From a virus (Duplodnaviria > Caudoviricetes): DNA of 64,000 bases. Shown here one piece after another: positions 46,812 to 56,380 of the stretch. The notes below the pieces were generated by a model that ran no database searches, had not been told where the DNA came from, and saw only the letters and a list, made by a program, of their open reading frames with translations. The stretch lies in IMG/VR virus record IMGVR_UViG_3300042569_002957, positions 7,173-71,172 of that record, one strand, 5' to 3'. The position numbers and the translations under genes were made by a program. How positions within the stretch are numbered: position 1 is the stretch's first letter; the number at the start of each line of letters is the position of its first letter.

Positions 46812-46885
46812 TGGGGCGTGAGGGACTTGAACCCCCGACCCAGGCATTATGAGTGCCTTGCTCTAACCAACTGAGCTAACGCCCC
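46812..46885 (-). tRNA. tRNA with CAT anticodon (elongator Met or lysidine-Ile2)
   Basis: GGGGCGT acceptor; AGGCA-CT-CAT-AA-TGCCT; lacks initiator features. Confidence 0.93.
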
Positions 46886-47028
46886 ATATCGTCTCTCCGA
46901 TTGTCACGCCTTAATAGGGCCACTTCACTTGACGTTAGTTACTGCATGGAGGTTTATTTTATCAACCCACCCCTGCCCTAATCCTATATATTAATAGATT
47001 GATATACTAACTCTGGGTTTATCATAAA

Positions 47029-47430
47029 TTACAGCTGTCTTACCTCTAAGGCTACGAAGCCTGAAGCTTCTAATACTTCTTGAGCGATTAGTGAAGGAAG
47101 TCCGGCCATAGTATTGACGGAATTATTCTTATCGAATTTTGGATATAGCATGCATAGCTCAGCTATAGTTTCTTCATTCCAAAGATTAGCTTCGGCTGTG
47201 GTCAATTGTCCAGCTTGGACTAGCTGTTCCATCTTCTTGACAATTTGCTTATACTCTGATCTATTGAGAACTCGCCAGACAACATGCTTATCATATGTAA
47301 TCGAAGTTACATAGATATCCCCATATTGCACTTTCCAGGCCTTTACAACGCCTGCTAGCGGTCCGCCATCCCAGATTGGTTCTTCATCTGGAACATCTTC
47401 TATATCCTGGTAGTCAGCATCGTTCTGCAT
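47029..47430 (-). CDS. Putative tail assembly chaperone-like protein
   Basis: KAWKVQYGDIY...WRVLNRSEYK...GLPSLIAQEVLEASGF recalls contractile-tail chaperones. Confidence 0.45.
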   Translation of the reverse strand: MQNDADYQDIEDVPDEEPIWDGGPLAGVVKAWKVQYGDIYVTSITYDKHVVWRVLNRSEYKQIVKKMEQLVQAGQLTTAEANLWNEETIAELCMLYPKFDKNNSVNTMAGLPSLIAQEVLEASGFVALEVRQL

Positions 47431-47517
47431 TGGCAGCTCTTTATCTTCTAAGTCTGGAGATTGGATTTCATATCTCTGTATGGAATTAATCCTAAAAATT
47501 ATTATTAAATTTTATAG

Positions 47518-47682
47518 TTATAAATAACTTGGAGTAGTTAATTCTTGGTCGAGCATAATGTGTAATCTAATATCAAGTAATAGATCAGTCATTTCTGCGG
47601 TAGAGACAATCTCTCTACCAGAAATTTCATTAAGAGCTTTATCAACTAAATCTGTAACTACTTTAATAGTTTCTTTATTCAT
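47518..47682 (-). CDS. Small hypothetical protein (54 aa, not in ORF track)
   Basis: MNKETIKVV...; overlaps the upstream stop. Confidence 0.5.
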   Translation of the reverse strand: MNKETIKVVTDLVDKALNEISGREIVSTAEMTDLLLDIRLHIMLDQELTTPSYL

Positions 47683-47857
47683 TTTCATACCAATCAGTAG
47701 CTAGTTCAATTGCGGGAAGGTATTCGTCCCAGCAACCATCGTCGCCAGTTTGAATACCATAGGGTACAGAGTTATCTTCACACAAATAGAGAAAAGCTTT
47801 TTCGATAAGAACTAATCGTTCGTCTTCTGATAGATCATCAAATTGTTTTTTGTTCAT
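47675..47857 (-). CDS. Hypothetical protein
   Basis: ATGA overlap. Confidence 0.55.
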   Translation of the reverse strand: MNKKQFDDLSEDERLVLIEKAFLYLCEDNSVPYGIQTGDDGCWDEYLPAIELATDWYENE

Positions 47858-48249
47858 CGGGCATACAAGTTATGTGAAAGTATTGCATTTTTGTATTGTA
47901 AAGATTCTGATAAAAGAATTTCAGGTAAATTTTCTTGTTCTTTACCAGCGACTGTAGCAAAAAGCCAACGAAGAGTATCAATAGAATCAGCCGTGTAGGG
48001 GTCACTTACGCTGCTTGAATGTAAGTATGTTTTAACGTAGTGCCGAAAATCTGAAAGACGAAGAGTTTGCATATTTGCAACAGTATTAATCATTAGCTGA
48101 CCAAATGCAACAATATAATTTGCAAGATGCGGATGCTCATCTAGATAAGCATTTAGATCAAAAGCAGGGATATCCTTTTGATCTTGAGAGTCAGAAGAAT
48201 AATCTTCGTTAACGATTAAGGTTAGATTTGGATTATCATTATCGTTCAT
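47854..48249 (-). CDS. Hypothetical protein
   Basis: GAGG RBS. Confidence 0.65.
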   Translation of the reverse strand: MNDNDNPNLTLIVNEDYSSDSQDQKDIPAFDLNAYLDEHPHLANYIVAFGQLMINTVANMQTLRLSDFRHYVKTYLHSSSVSDPYTADSIDTLRWLFATVAGKEQENLPEILLSESLQYKNAILSHNLYAR

Positions 48250-48272
48250 AGTACCTCGTTGTTGTTGTTTTA

Positions 48273-48321
48273 AAAAGCGGATGACCCAGAGTCAGAAAGG
48301 GGTAAGAACTCTGAGCCATCC
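48273..48321 (-). terminator. Terminator-like hairpin immediately after tRNA-Leu
   Basis: GGATGGCTCAGAGT...ACTCTGGGTCATCC stem then GCTTTTT. Confidence 0.6.
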
Positions 48322-48410
48322 TGGTGCCCAAGATGGGACTTGAACCCATACTCCTTTGGTAAGGAAGGGGGGTTTAAGCCCCCCGCGTCTGCCTATTCCG
48401 CCACCTGGGC
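48322..48410 (-). tRNA. tRNA-Leu(TAA), with encoded CCA
   Basis: GCCCAGG acceptor, GGGGG-CT-TAA-AC-CCCCC, long variable arm, ends ACCA. Confidence 0.95.
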
Positions 48411-48668
48411 TTGATGCTGTTCATCATCTTCTTGATCACTCATTAAAGCTGAGGGATCAGTAAGTAGTGTATAAATTCCGGTGTACCAATCAATAATTTT
48501 TGAAAGATGTTCAGAATTAAATTCTGCTGGAGAATCATTCATGTATACGTTAGGGAGATTCAATGATCCTTCGGATACAAGAGTTTTGGTAAACTTTAGA
48601 ATACTTACAGTATCTTCGATATTTGTAATATGTTCTGGTTCTGAACCAATGACTATTGCTAATGACAT
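48393..48668 (-). CDS. Hypothetical protein whose stop lies inside tRNA-Leu
   Basis: Last codons GCC CAG GTG GCG GAA TAG are tRNA nt 1-18. Confidence 0.6.
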   Translation of the reverse strand: MSLAIVIGSEPEHITNIEDTVSILKFTKTLVSEGSLNLPNVYMNDSPAEFNSEHLSKIIDWYTGIYTLLTDPSALMSDQEDDEQHQAQVAE

Positions 48669-48767
48669 AATTTTAACCTTCTATTTTGTTGTTGTTTTGT
48701 CTCACCCCTTACGTCTTTGTATATTCTATTGTAAATAATATTTATTATATAATTTCAGATAATTTTC

Positions 48768-49235
48768 TTAAGAGTTAGATTTAGAAAAATCTATTCTTAA
48801 TACCTGTTCAACTATTTCGTAAGGGACAGAATGATCTTCTTCATCAATTAGATGAAGCTTGTAGTTATAAGAGCCGAAAATAAGAACGTCTCCATATATT
48901 GCATCGGTAGTGACAATTCCTAGGGAAGTGAGGTAACTAGCACGAAGTAATGTGGAGGCGGTATAATTAAATTTTTTTATGTTAGTCTGTTGAAGAGAAC
49001 TAAAATAAATATGGTAATAAGGATTAGGATTAAGTATCCTAACTTGCTTATCTTGAAATACTAACTGAATAATATTATCAGGAGTATCAGTAATAGCATA
49101 TGGCTCATAGCTATTATCACATGATATGTATAAAGCTTTAACTAGAGGATCATGAGTAGGTAAAGCTTTGTAATACTCTGGAGTTATTTTAGGATGAACT
49201 GAAGAGTACTTAGCGGAACTGTAAGTAATTGACAT
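48768..49235 (-). CDS. Hypothetical protein
   Basis: 155-aa ORF; IYGDVLIFG motif. Confidence 0.6.
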   Translation of the reverse strand: MSITYSSAKYSSVHPKITPEYYKALPTHDPLVKALYISCDNSYEPYAITDTPDNIIQLVFQDKQVRILNPNPYYHIYFSSLQQTNIKKFNYTASTLLRASYLTSLGIVTTDAIYGDVLIFGSYNYKLHLIDEEDHSVPYEIVEQVLRIDFSKSNS

Positions 49236-49255
49236 AAGATAAAGAGTATATCAAA

Positions 49256-50929
49256 TTACCACTTAGAACGAGTGGTTTTTATTCTTTTATCTAGCCACGC
49301 TGGCCGAGGATTAGCTTCATAGTATTTGCTAATGATTTGACTAGCAGTTCCCTTAGTCATATCGGATGTAACAGGTACACCGATACGCTTTAGAAGTTTT
49401 CTTTGAGCGTCAGTTGGTCCATCCGCGCGCCAGGCAGCGTCTGATTCAATAAGATTTGTATCAAACTTAGCGATGATCCACTTGTCACTACGGACAAATG
49501 CATCGCGCATATCTTCAGGATGTCCTAAAAGTTTTACTTGAAGTCCATCTAGGGTGCGTTGACGATGCTCGGCAACCCACCGACCAAGTGTATCTGTATA
49601 AATTCTGAATGAATTATAATTATCTACACCAAGGTGGAAGTCGTTTTCAGCAACTTCAGCCCACACAAATCTAGAATATTGTTGAACAAATTCATTTGGA
49701 GGGGGTGGCATAAAGAGATTAATTCTCTTGTAAGCTAACTCTATATCATTAGGGTCTAATACACGAACGGCTTCGCCTGGACAATAGTCCTCGAGCTCCT
49801 TGTATTTTTTAGCTACCTCAATTAGATCTTGTCCCTGTAAATCGAATTCGGGAGGAAGACCTAGAAGAGAAGGAAGGCCAATAGGCTTCTTTCCTTTTGT
49901 GGTATCTGCAAAGTCTAGGACAGTACAATGTGGCTTCCCTTCGTGAAGTCTAGTACCTCGACCAACAATCTGCGTATAGAGCAGAGTAGATCTAGTTGGT
50001 CTTGCTAGAATAATAGTTTCTACGGTCGGTTCGTCGAACCCTTCCGTAAGTACGCCAACATTGATGAGAACTCGCGTTTCACCGCTGCGGAAGCGCGCCA
50101 AAATATCTCTACGAGCATCTGAGTCAGTAGCACCTAAGATAACCTCCGTGTTTATTTGCGAGGACGCAAAGGATGTGGCCAGGTTGTTCGCGTGTTTGAT
50201 ACCCGCGCAGAATACAATTGCTTTGGATTCTGGAACCAGACTATTATAAGCAGCAACAATGTGAGCATTACGCTCAGGGGTATCAATAGCATCTTCCAGC
50301 TGAGATGCAACGTAATCGCCTTCATTTGTCGCAACTCCAGATATGTCTGTATTTGTCTTGATTCGATAACCGACTAAAGAACATAAGTAACCATCCTCGA
50401 TAAGATCTTGTATTGTTTTATAATATACTATCTCATCAAAGACATCTGTCAAACGAGTATTGTCAGACCTTTGAGGAGTAGCTGTTACGCCTAAAACAAA
50501 TGGTGCATTAAAGTAATCTAGAATGCGCCGGTATGTAGGAGCAGCAGCATGGTGGGCTTCATCAATAACTATAGATTTAAAATAATCTTTGGGATATTTT
50601 AGAATACGTTCTGATTCAGCTCGTCCCAAAGTTGGGACTGAGGCTACGACAACATCGCAGTATCCTGCTACGTTATCTGCTTGTTCTATTTGAATATCAA
50701 GCTCAGGATTAGACCAGCTAATCTTTTCTTTAGCTTGATAAAGCAGTTCTGCACGGTGTGCCAAAACAAGCATAGGAAGACTGTTTTGTTTGAACTGAGG
50801 AAGGTGAGAAAATATAACAGTTTTACCTGCACCTGTAGGGAGGACTACAAGTTGTTTATTAATTCCTTTTTCGGAAAAATCATTAATTGATTGTAATGCT
50901 TCTTGCTGATAAGGTCTTAAGGATATCAT
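49256..50929 (-). CDS. Superfamily 2 DExH-box helicase
   Basis: LRPYQ, LPTGAGKT, LAHR.EL, IDEAHH, GVTATPQR, LTEGFD, QIVGRGTR. Confidence 0.95.
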   Translation of the reverse strand: MISLRPYQQEALQSINDFSEKGINKQLVVLPTGAGKTVIFSHLPQFKQNSLPMLVLAHRAELLYQAKEKISWSNPELDIQIEQADNVAGYCDVVVASVPTLGRAESERILKYPKDYFKSIVIDEAHHAAAPTYRRILDYFNAPFVLGVTATPQRSDNTRLTDVFDEIVYYKTIQDLIEDGYLCSLVGYRIKTNTDISGVATNEGDYVASQLEDAIDTPERNAHIVAAYNSLVPESKAIVFCAGIKHANNLATSFASSQINTEVILGATDSDARRDILARFRSGETRVLINVGVLTEGFDEPTVETIILARPTRSTLLYTQIVGRGTRLHEGKPHCTVLDFADTTKGKKPIGLPSLLGLPPEFDLQGQDLIEVAKKYKELEDYCPGEAVRVLDPNDIELAYKRINLFMPPPPNEFVQQYSRFVWAEVAENDFHLGVDNYNSFRIYTDTLGRWVAEHRQRTLDGLQVKLLGHPEDMRDAFVRSDKWIIAKFDTNLIESDAAWRADGPTDAQRKLLKRIGVPVTSDMTKGTASQIISKYYEANPRPAWLDKRIKTTRSKW

Positions 50930-50950
50930 GTAGCCCTCCTTTCAAATGTA

Positions 50951-51121
50951 CTATACGTATTCTATACTAATTTCAGGATGTTCGCAAGACATAAGTTTTT
51001 CTAGTCTATCTTCAAATTGAGAATCTGAAGATATGGTAGCTTTTATGTAATGGCTTTTTTTATATTTAATAGAACCGCATTGAACAATAGCGGTATAATC
51101 TTGTTTAATTTTATTTTTCAT
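50951..51121 (-). CDS. Small hypothetical protein (56 aa, not in ORF track)
   Basis: ATGA overlap with the upstream gene. Confidence 0.45.
   Translation of the reverse strand: MKNKIKQDYTAIVQCGSIKYKKSHYIKATISSDSQFEDRLEKLMSCEHPEISIEYV
50959..50987 (-). promoter_or_regulatory. SigA-like promoter for the helicase
   Basis: TTGCGA-17 nt-TAGAAT, inside the 3' end of a small ORF. Confidence 0.4.
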
Positions 51122-51714
51122 GAGTGACTCGTAGCAAAATAGGAAACATTAAGACCAGGGAATGCATGAATGCCTGCACCATTAATTCCAAGGAAAGATA
51201 ATAATTCTTGAACAGTATATAAAGGATCTTCTAAATGGGTAAACATGTAAAACATGTTAATCATTTCTTTCGAAATACCTTCAAATTCGTGATTAGCTAC
51301 GTTAACAGAACTGAATTTTTCATATAACCAGGTTACATTTTTACCAGAGGCAGTATAGGGCATGTTAATCATGTGAGCACTATTTTCTTCGAGAAGAAAA
51401 ACGTTTATGCAGTCTGATGTTTTATTTTCATTTTCATCATAAAGTTCAGATGAAAGCGAAACAATAGCATAAGTAGAATTAAGGGCTGAATATAAATATA
51501 GTGCTTCAGCAATTCTGGCTAATGTATCTGAGAACTCAATCTGTGGAACAGGAACAACAGCACATTGTCTTTTGTCAGGGTAACCAAAAAATGTAATCAT
51601 TGGACGATAAGGATAATCGTGAGAAACATTTTCTTCCAATGTAGATCGAAGAACAAGAAGTTCTTCATCAATGATTGGGGATATATCTTTGATATCTTGC
51701 AGTATATAAGTCAT
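51118..51714 (-). CDS. Hypothetical protein
   Basis: 198-aa ORF. Confidence 0.65.
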   Translation of the reverse strand: MTYILQDIKDISPIIDEELLVLRSTLEENVSHDYPYRPMITFFGYPDKRQCAVVPVPQIEFSDTLARIAEALYLYSALNSTYAIVSLSSELYDENENKTSDCINVFLLEENSAHMINMPYTASGKNVTWLYEKFSSVNVANHEFEGISKEMINMFYMFTHLEDPLYTVQELLSFLGINGAGIHAFPGLNVSYFATSHS

Positions 51715-51718
51715 AGTG

Positions 51719-52039
51719 TTACTTTGTTAAAACATTGATAGCTGAGAATAGGGCATATGTTCCATAAAGATATAGGAATAATGCACTAGCGAAAACAATA
51801 GATGATGAAGCAGTTAACATAATGATTGAGAATAGAACTGTTTCTACGCCCCAATAGCTAAGCATAGCTGTAGCTCTAGTCTGGGGCTTACGAAAGAATC
51901 TTACAATCTTGCCTGTTAGCTTTCCAATTTTGTTAATAATAGTTTCATTTCGTGGAACTTCAGTAACTATATTGAAAATATAGGAAGAGCGCATTGGCAA
52001 GAAAGATTCGACATTGATGAGATCAATAGTGTTGGTCAT
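51719..52039 (-). CDS. Membrane protein
   Basis: C-terminal hydrophobic helices. Confidence 0.6.
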   Translation of the reverse strand: MTNTIDLINVESFLPMRSSYIFNIVTEVPRNETIINKIGKLTGKIVRFFRKPQTRATAMLSYWGVETVLFSIIMLTASSSIVFASALFLYLYGTYALFSAINVLTK

Positions 52040-52239
52040 AAGACTTCCTGTTGTTTTAATATAATAATTTCATTTTCGGGTAGCCATCCAAGCCAATTTG
52101 TTTTAAGGCTTTTTAATAGAATGGATCCCGGTCGATTTGGATTTTCAATAAACTCGAAATCAGGACCATTATCATTAATCCTGTTACGAGTACGGAGGGA
52201 AGCCGTTTGGCCATTCTTCTTTACTGTTAAAATTTTCAT
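52036..52239 (-). CDS. Hypothetical protein
   Basis: GAGGA RBS; LLKSLKTNWLGWLP. Confidence 0.6.
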   Translation of the reverse strand: MKILTVKKNGQTASLRTRNRINDNGPDFEFIENPNRPGSILLKSLKTNWLGWLPENEIIILKQQEVL

Positions 52240-52669
52240 TTACAATTTCCTCAAAGATTTCTTTATCTTGATTTTTATGTTGGAGCATTTCAGAAATTTG
52301 GTCATGAAGCTCCCGAAGATCTTCAGTAAGATCTTCAGGAATATCATAATCAGCTTCTAATTCTGAAGTAGCTTTAATAAATTCTTCTTCAGACATTTGA
52401 GACAATGTGATGTATTCATCAATCCAGAGACCAATAGATATAGATTCGCTTAATTCTTCATCAGACATACCAGTTTCTTGCTGGATGTATTGATAAGATC
52501 TAATGAATGGTTTTTTATTTTGAAGATCTTGAAGATTTGTTAAGTCACAAACTTTTAAAAGATCTACAAGAATAGCTTGTTTTCTACGATAGAGATATAG
52601 AAATTTAAAAGCGTTCATTTTATCATGATCAAAGTTAGTAGGTATATAATTTTCAAAGTTCATGGGCAT
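52184..52669 (-). CDS. Hypothetical acidic protein
   Basis: 161-aa ORF. Confidence 0.6.
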   Translation of the reverse strand: MPMNFENYIPTNFDHDKMNAFKFLYLYRRKQAILVDLLKVCDLTNLQDLQNKKPFIRSYQYIQQETGMSDEELSESISIGLWIDEYITLSQMSEEEFIKATSELEADYDIPEDLTEDLRELHDQISEMLQHKNQDKEIFEEIVNENFNSKEEWPNGFPPYS

Positions 52670-52687
52670 AAGGGCTTTCTTGAAAGT

Positions 52688-52719
52688 GTAGGGGGGCCGG
52701 ATAGGGCCGACCCCCCTAC
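52688..52719 (-). terminator. GC-rich hairpin after the RNAP-like gene
   Basis: GTAGGGGGGTCGG-CCCTAT-CCGGCCCCCCTAC (13-bp stem); weak U-tract. Confidence 0.6.
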
Positions 52720-52732
52720 GATTTTGTATGAA

Positions 52733-55279
52733 TCAGTATAACGATTGTGTAAGTTTTCTTGGAGCAGGTTTTGCACTGACGAAGATGATCGGAGAGTCCT
52801 CTGCGTGCGCTGCTTGGAAAGCAAGTGGATCAGTATACTCTACGTCTTCGCCAGAAGAATCCTGCCAGATCCAACTAGTAACACGTTCGTTAACAATACG
52901 TAAACGATTATTGTTCAATTCACGTTTGACAGATGCGGCTAATCCATAATATTGAAGAGCTTCTTCAAGATACGGAAATACGAATCTGTTCATTACGATT
53001 TGATCAGTAATCTTTCCAGATGAAGTGGGATTCTTAATTGATTCGGAATAGAGAGCAATAACAAAATCATATGAATCAAGGATGCGTTCATATGAAGTAA
53101 TTTTGTCTGCAATTCCTACGTATAAGTTTTCCCAAGAGTTACGCTGGATAGCTCCAGAACTCTTTGTTACTTCAGTGGAGTTGGTATTGTATAGGTCCAT
53201 GCGGAATTGACGCAGAACTGGATAAGCTTGATGACGTAAACGAGCACCAAGTTGGTGAACGATATCGTCAGGTCGAGCATTCTGCTGTGACCATTGACGA
53301 ATGCTGTTTACGTAACGATTAAAGTAGTCATTACATAATGTATATAATTGACTAATTTTACCATCGTAAAGTTCAACAGTTTCGCCACGCTTAAGAAAAC
53401 GTTTCATTCCGCGGGAATACCAGAAGTCTTGATCAATGGGTTTGCCTGAACTAATAACTTCACGCATCATTAATCTAGCTTCTTCATCGATAGCCATAAC
53501 ATCAGCTGTGTCATCAGGGTTGATGCACTTGTCAATTGCGGTTTCCAATGTACATAGTTGTTCTGGACGGTGCTTAGAAATCACCATACTATGAGCCATT
53601 GCTGCATTAACAAATCCACCAACGTTTCCACCTGTCATAGCAATCTTGATATCACGAATGACATCAGATTGAGTATATGGACCGGAACGCTTAGGCTTGG
53701 GAAGAGACTCAGAAGGCAATCCCTTATGGATTACTTTTCCTGCGGCAATTACTTCGCTTAATCGCTTAGGCCATGATCTGCCATTTACTTCAGGAAACAT
53801 AACTGGAGTGCCATCTGCCATATGCCATGTTGGGGCCCAAGAGCCTTCAACATAGCGGAAGACGGAATACTCGCCATAGCCATTTGGAGAACGGGCGACG
53901 ATGACTACTTTCTCGGTGTCGTATTCTCCACCTTGCATTGTTCGATAGAACAATTTGAAGAAGTCGTCCTCATCCATTCCACCATGGCTTTCGTACATTT
54001 CTAGCCAGTCAATATCATTGACTACGTGGCAACCAAGTTGATTGCTACGAACAATAGTTCCTTCTTCAATGAGCAGATCATGTCCGGCCATGCGAGCAAG
54101 GCTTTCGGGAATAATCTGTTCATAGACTGAACATGGAACTATAATTGCTTTCTGTAAAGGCTTAGCGTGGCTAGTAGAAATTGTCTCAAAGAGCCAAGGA
54201 GATTGAGTGACACTAAATCCTGCTGCAGTCCAGCGATAGCCCACATATGCCATGCGTGCTCTTGCTTCATTATCTTCAGCAGTATCTGTTTCTCTCCATA
54301 GTCTTTGATAGATGTACTTCCAGTTGGTAAGAAGATTTCCAGATGTTGCCATCTCGAACATCTTCTTGTACTCTTCGCGGAGCCACATTTCCATGTCGCT
54401 CTTACGGAATAGTTTAGGAAGATTGATGACAGTCTGGTCATCGGTGATGACTCTAGACTTAGGTCCTTGAGGTTCTGCTTGAAAGCGAAATCCATTAGGA
54501 TATGTAATCTCCTGCTTGATATTAGTAGAAGATGTGATAACGTCAATACCTTCTGGCAAGTCTGCTACGAATGCATTGCCTTTAAGAAACCCATCTTTGT
54601 AGATAATGCGGGCATTAACTACGGTAGAATTAAGAAGTTCCTGAACCATGTTCTGATAAAGACGAGGATCATAATAATAATCATGATCTTCTAAGGAATT
54701 ATCAGGGACATGGAAAGGAATATTTTTGACAGATTCCTGAATAAGTCGACGACTGATGACGAAACCGCCATCAAGAAGTCTTTCGACTACTTCAGGGTTA
54801 CGATATTCTGAGGCTACGCCCCAGTCATCATTGGGATCAATGAAGTTAAATCGAGAATAATCAGTAGGATTGACAATCTTAATATTAAGATGATCAAAGT
54901 GAGCGTTCAACAAAGTTGGACGATGAAATGACTTGAGTCTCTTATTGGTCTTAGGGCCTGAATGAACTTCATAGCCCATAGAATTAATTGAACTCATCCA
55001 TCCTGGAGAATTTTCGATGACAACAAAAACAATTTTGTCTTTGTCAACAAGAGCATACTGGATGCTCGGATCATTAATCATATCACAAACTTTTTGGAAC
55101 TGTAATTCAGTATTGGGAACGGGAATGGTATAAACTTTATACCCCCCGAACCCAATACCGTCTATAGATTGACGCAGAGTACCAGCGTCATAGAAGCCGA
55201 ATTGGTAACGTTCGCCACCACGCAGAGGTCCATTGACATCTGCTTGTAAGCGGACTTTTGGTGTATAGATTTCTTCCAT
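52733..55279 (-). CDS. Putative single-subunit two-barrel (YonO/QDE-1-like) RNA polymerase
   Basis: Ordered motifs LDGGFVISRRL, NARIIYKDGFLKG.A.V, ITSSTNIK, DDQTVINL, GGMDEDD, VARSPN, VGGFVN, AIDK match cRdRP/YonO motifs DGxGxIS, R..G.KG, K, N.Q, DxDGD, G...N, D..K. GGAGG RBS. Confidence 0.62.
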   Translation of the reverse strand: MEEIYTPKVRLQADVNGPLRGGERYQFGFYDAGTLRQSIDGIGFGGYKVYTIPVPNTELQFQKVCDMINDPSIQYALVDKDKIVFVVIENSPGWMSSINSMGYEVHSGPKTNKRLKSFHRPTLLNAHFDHLNIKIVNPTDYSRFNFIDPNDDWGVASEYRNPEVVERLLDGGFVISRRLIQESVKNIPFHVPDNSLEDHDYYYDPRLYQNMVQELLNSTVVNARIIYKDGFLKGNAFVADLPEGIDVITSSTNIKQEITYPNGFRFQAEPQGPKSRVITDDQTVINLPKLFRKSDMEMWLREEYKKMFEMATSGNLLTNWKYIYQRLWRETDTAEDNEARARMAYVGYRWTAAGFSVTQSPWLFETISTSHAKPLQKAIIVPCSVYEQIIPESLARMAGHDLLIEEGTIVRSNQLGCHVVNDIDWLEMYESHGGMDEDDFFKLFYRTMQGGEYDTEKVVIVARSPNGYGEYSVFRYVEGSWAPTWHMADGTPVMFPEVNGRSWPKRLSEVIAAGKVIHKGLPSESLPKPKRSGPYTQSDVIRDIKIAMTGGNVGGFVNAAMAHSMVISKHRPEQLCTLETAIDKCINPDDTADVMAIDEEARLMMREVISSGKPIDQDFWYSRGMKRFLKRGETVELYDGKISQLYTLCNDYFNRYVNSIRQWSQQNARPDDIVHQLGARLRHQAYPVLRQFRMDLYNTNSTEVTKSSGAIQRNSWENLYVGIADKITSYERILDSYDFVIALYSESIKNPTSSGKITDQIVMNRFVFPYLEEALQYYGLAASVKRELNNNRLRIVNERVTSWIWQDSSGEDVEYTDPLAFQAAHAEDSPIIFVSAKPAPRKLTQSLY

Positions 55280-55326
55280 AAGGCCTCCTTAAGGCAATTA
55301 TCTACTTTTTTGTATGGACAATAAAT

Positions 55327-55758
55327 TTAGTTTTGTGGAGTACGTAATTTGAAATTACGATACTTATCTCGAGCAATTCGACTTCCCCAAAGTGGGAAAG
55401 TAATTACTCTAAGAATTTTATAAATAATTTTGATAGTGTCAGAGACAACTACCTTAGTTTTGTCTGAGAAATATTTCAGTTGATTACCTCCACGAGCTTG
55501 TGCTTGTGGGGAATCATATGCCCATTCAAGAAAGGCATAACCTGGAATAACAAGTACGGTAGAAATGATTGCAGCAGCCATGGTGATAAGACCAGCTGCA
55601 CCAAACATAATACCTAAGACAAATGAAAGAGCAATTGAGATTGCAAGGTTAATAGCTTTGTTGCGTTTAGCTGCTTTTCTCCAAACTGGAAATTTGGAAG
55701 CAAAGGTAAGCTCAACTACAGCAGAAGCAAAGGCTAAGATCATAACGAAAGCAAACAT
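55327..55758 (-). CDS. Membrane protein
   Basis: Three hydrophobic segments. Confidence 0.65.
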   Translation of the reverse strand: MFAFVMILAFASAVVELTFASKFPVWRKAAKRNKAINLAISIALSFVLGIMFGAAGLITMAAAIISTVLVIPGYAFLEWAYDSPQAQARGGNQLKYFSDKTKVVVSDTIKIIYKILRVITFPLWGSRIARDKYRNFKLRTPQN

Positions 55759-55797
55759 AATATTGTAGAACCCTTCTAGTTTTTTTTTGTATGAATA

Positions 55798-55837
55798 ATA
55801 AAAAGAGGAGCGGTTCCTTTCGGAACTCGCTCCCCTC
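55798..55837 (-). terminator. Rho-independent terminator after the transglycosylase pair
   Basis: GAGGGGAGCGAGTTCC-GAAA-GGAACCGCTCCTC then TTTTTATT. Confidence 0.85.
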
Positions 55838-55867
55838 TTTGTTGGGTATAATTATTTGTTAAAAATT

Positions 55868-56380
55868 TTACTTACATCTAGTTGCCCATGGTCTCCATCC
55901 GCAACGATTATGTTCCTGACTATATTGCCACATAGACCACCCTGCACGCAGGTTAGTTAGTGGATCAAATAGATCGTCACATGTGTTGAGAATGGATTTG
56001 GCTTGCAGCCAACCAGTAGGATTATATTTGTTCTTTTTGCACCAGTATCCATTGATTTGGATAAGGCCACGACTACCTCCATTAGGGTCTGACTTATTGA
56101 AGGATAGCGTATTGCAGCGGGATTCACGATACATGACTTTACTCAGTGTAGGCCACTGAGATTCTGGCCATCCTGCTTGGATAGCAAGGTCGTGATACTC
56201 GCCACATCTACCATAAATAAGTCTAGCTAATTCTGTCCAATTAACTTGAGAGAAGTCAATTGGAGGATTAGTAGTCTGAACGGCTTGGGCATTAGATGTA
56301 TTGGTGTTGGTGATTAGAATACCAGCAGATAATAATATTGCTGTTATGATTGAGACTATCTTATTGATAGTCATGATCAA
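55868..56380 (-). CDS. Secreted lytic transglycosylase (SLT domain)
   Basis: Signal peptide; VMYRESRC (catalytic Glu), SRGLIQIN, NLRAG, GWRPW. Confidence 0.85.
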   Translation of the reverse strand: MIMTINKIVSIITAILLSAGILITNTNTSNAQAVQTTNPPIDFSQVNWTELARLIYGRCGEYHDLAIQAGWPESQWPTLSKVMYRESRCNTLSFNKSDPNGGSRGLIQINGYWCKKNKYNPTGWLQAKSILNTCDDLFDPLTNLRAGWSMWQYSQEHNRCGWRPWATRCK

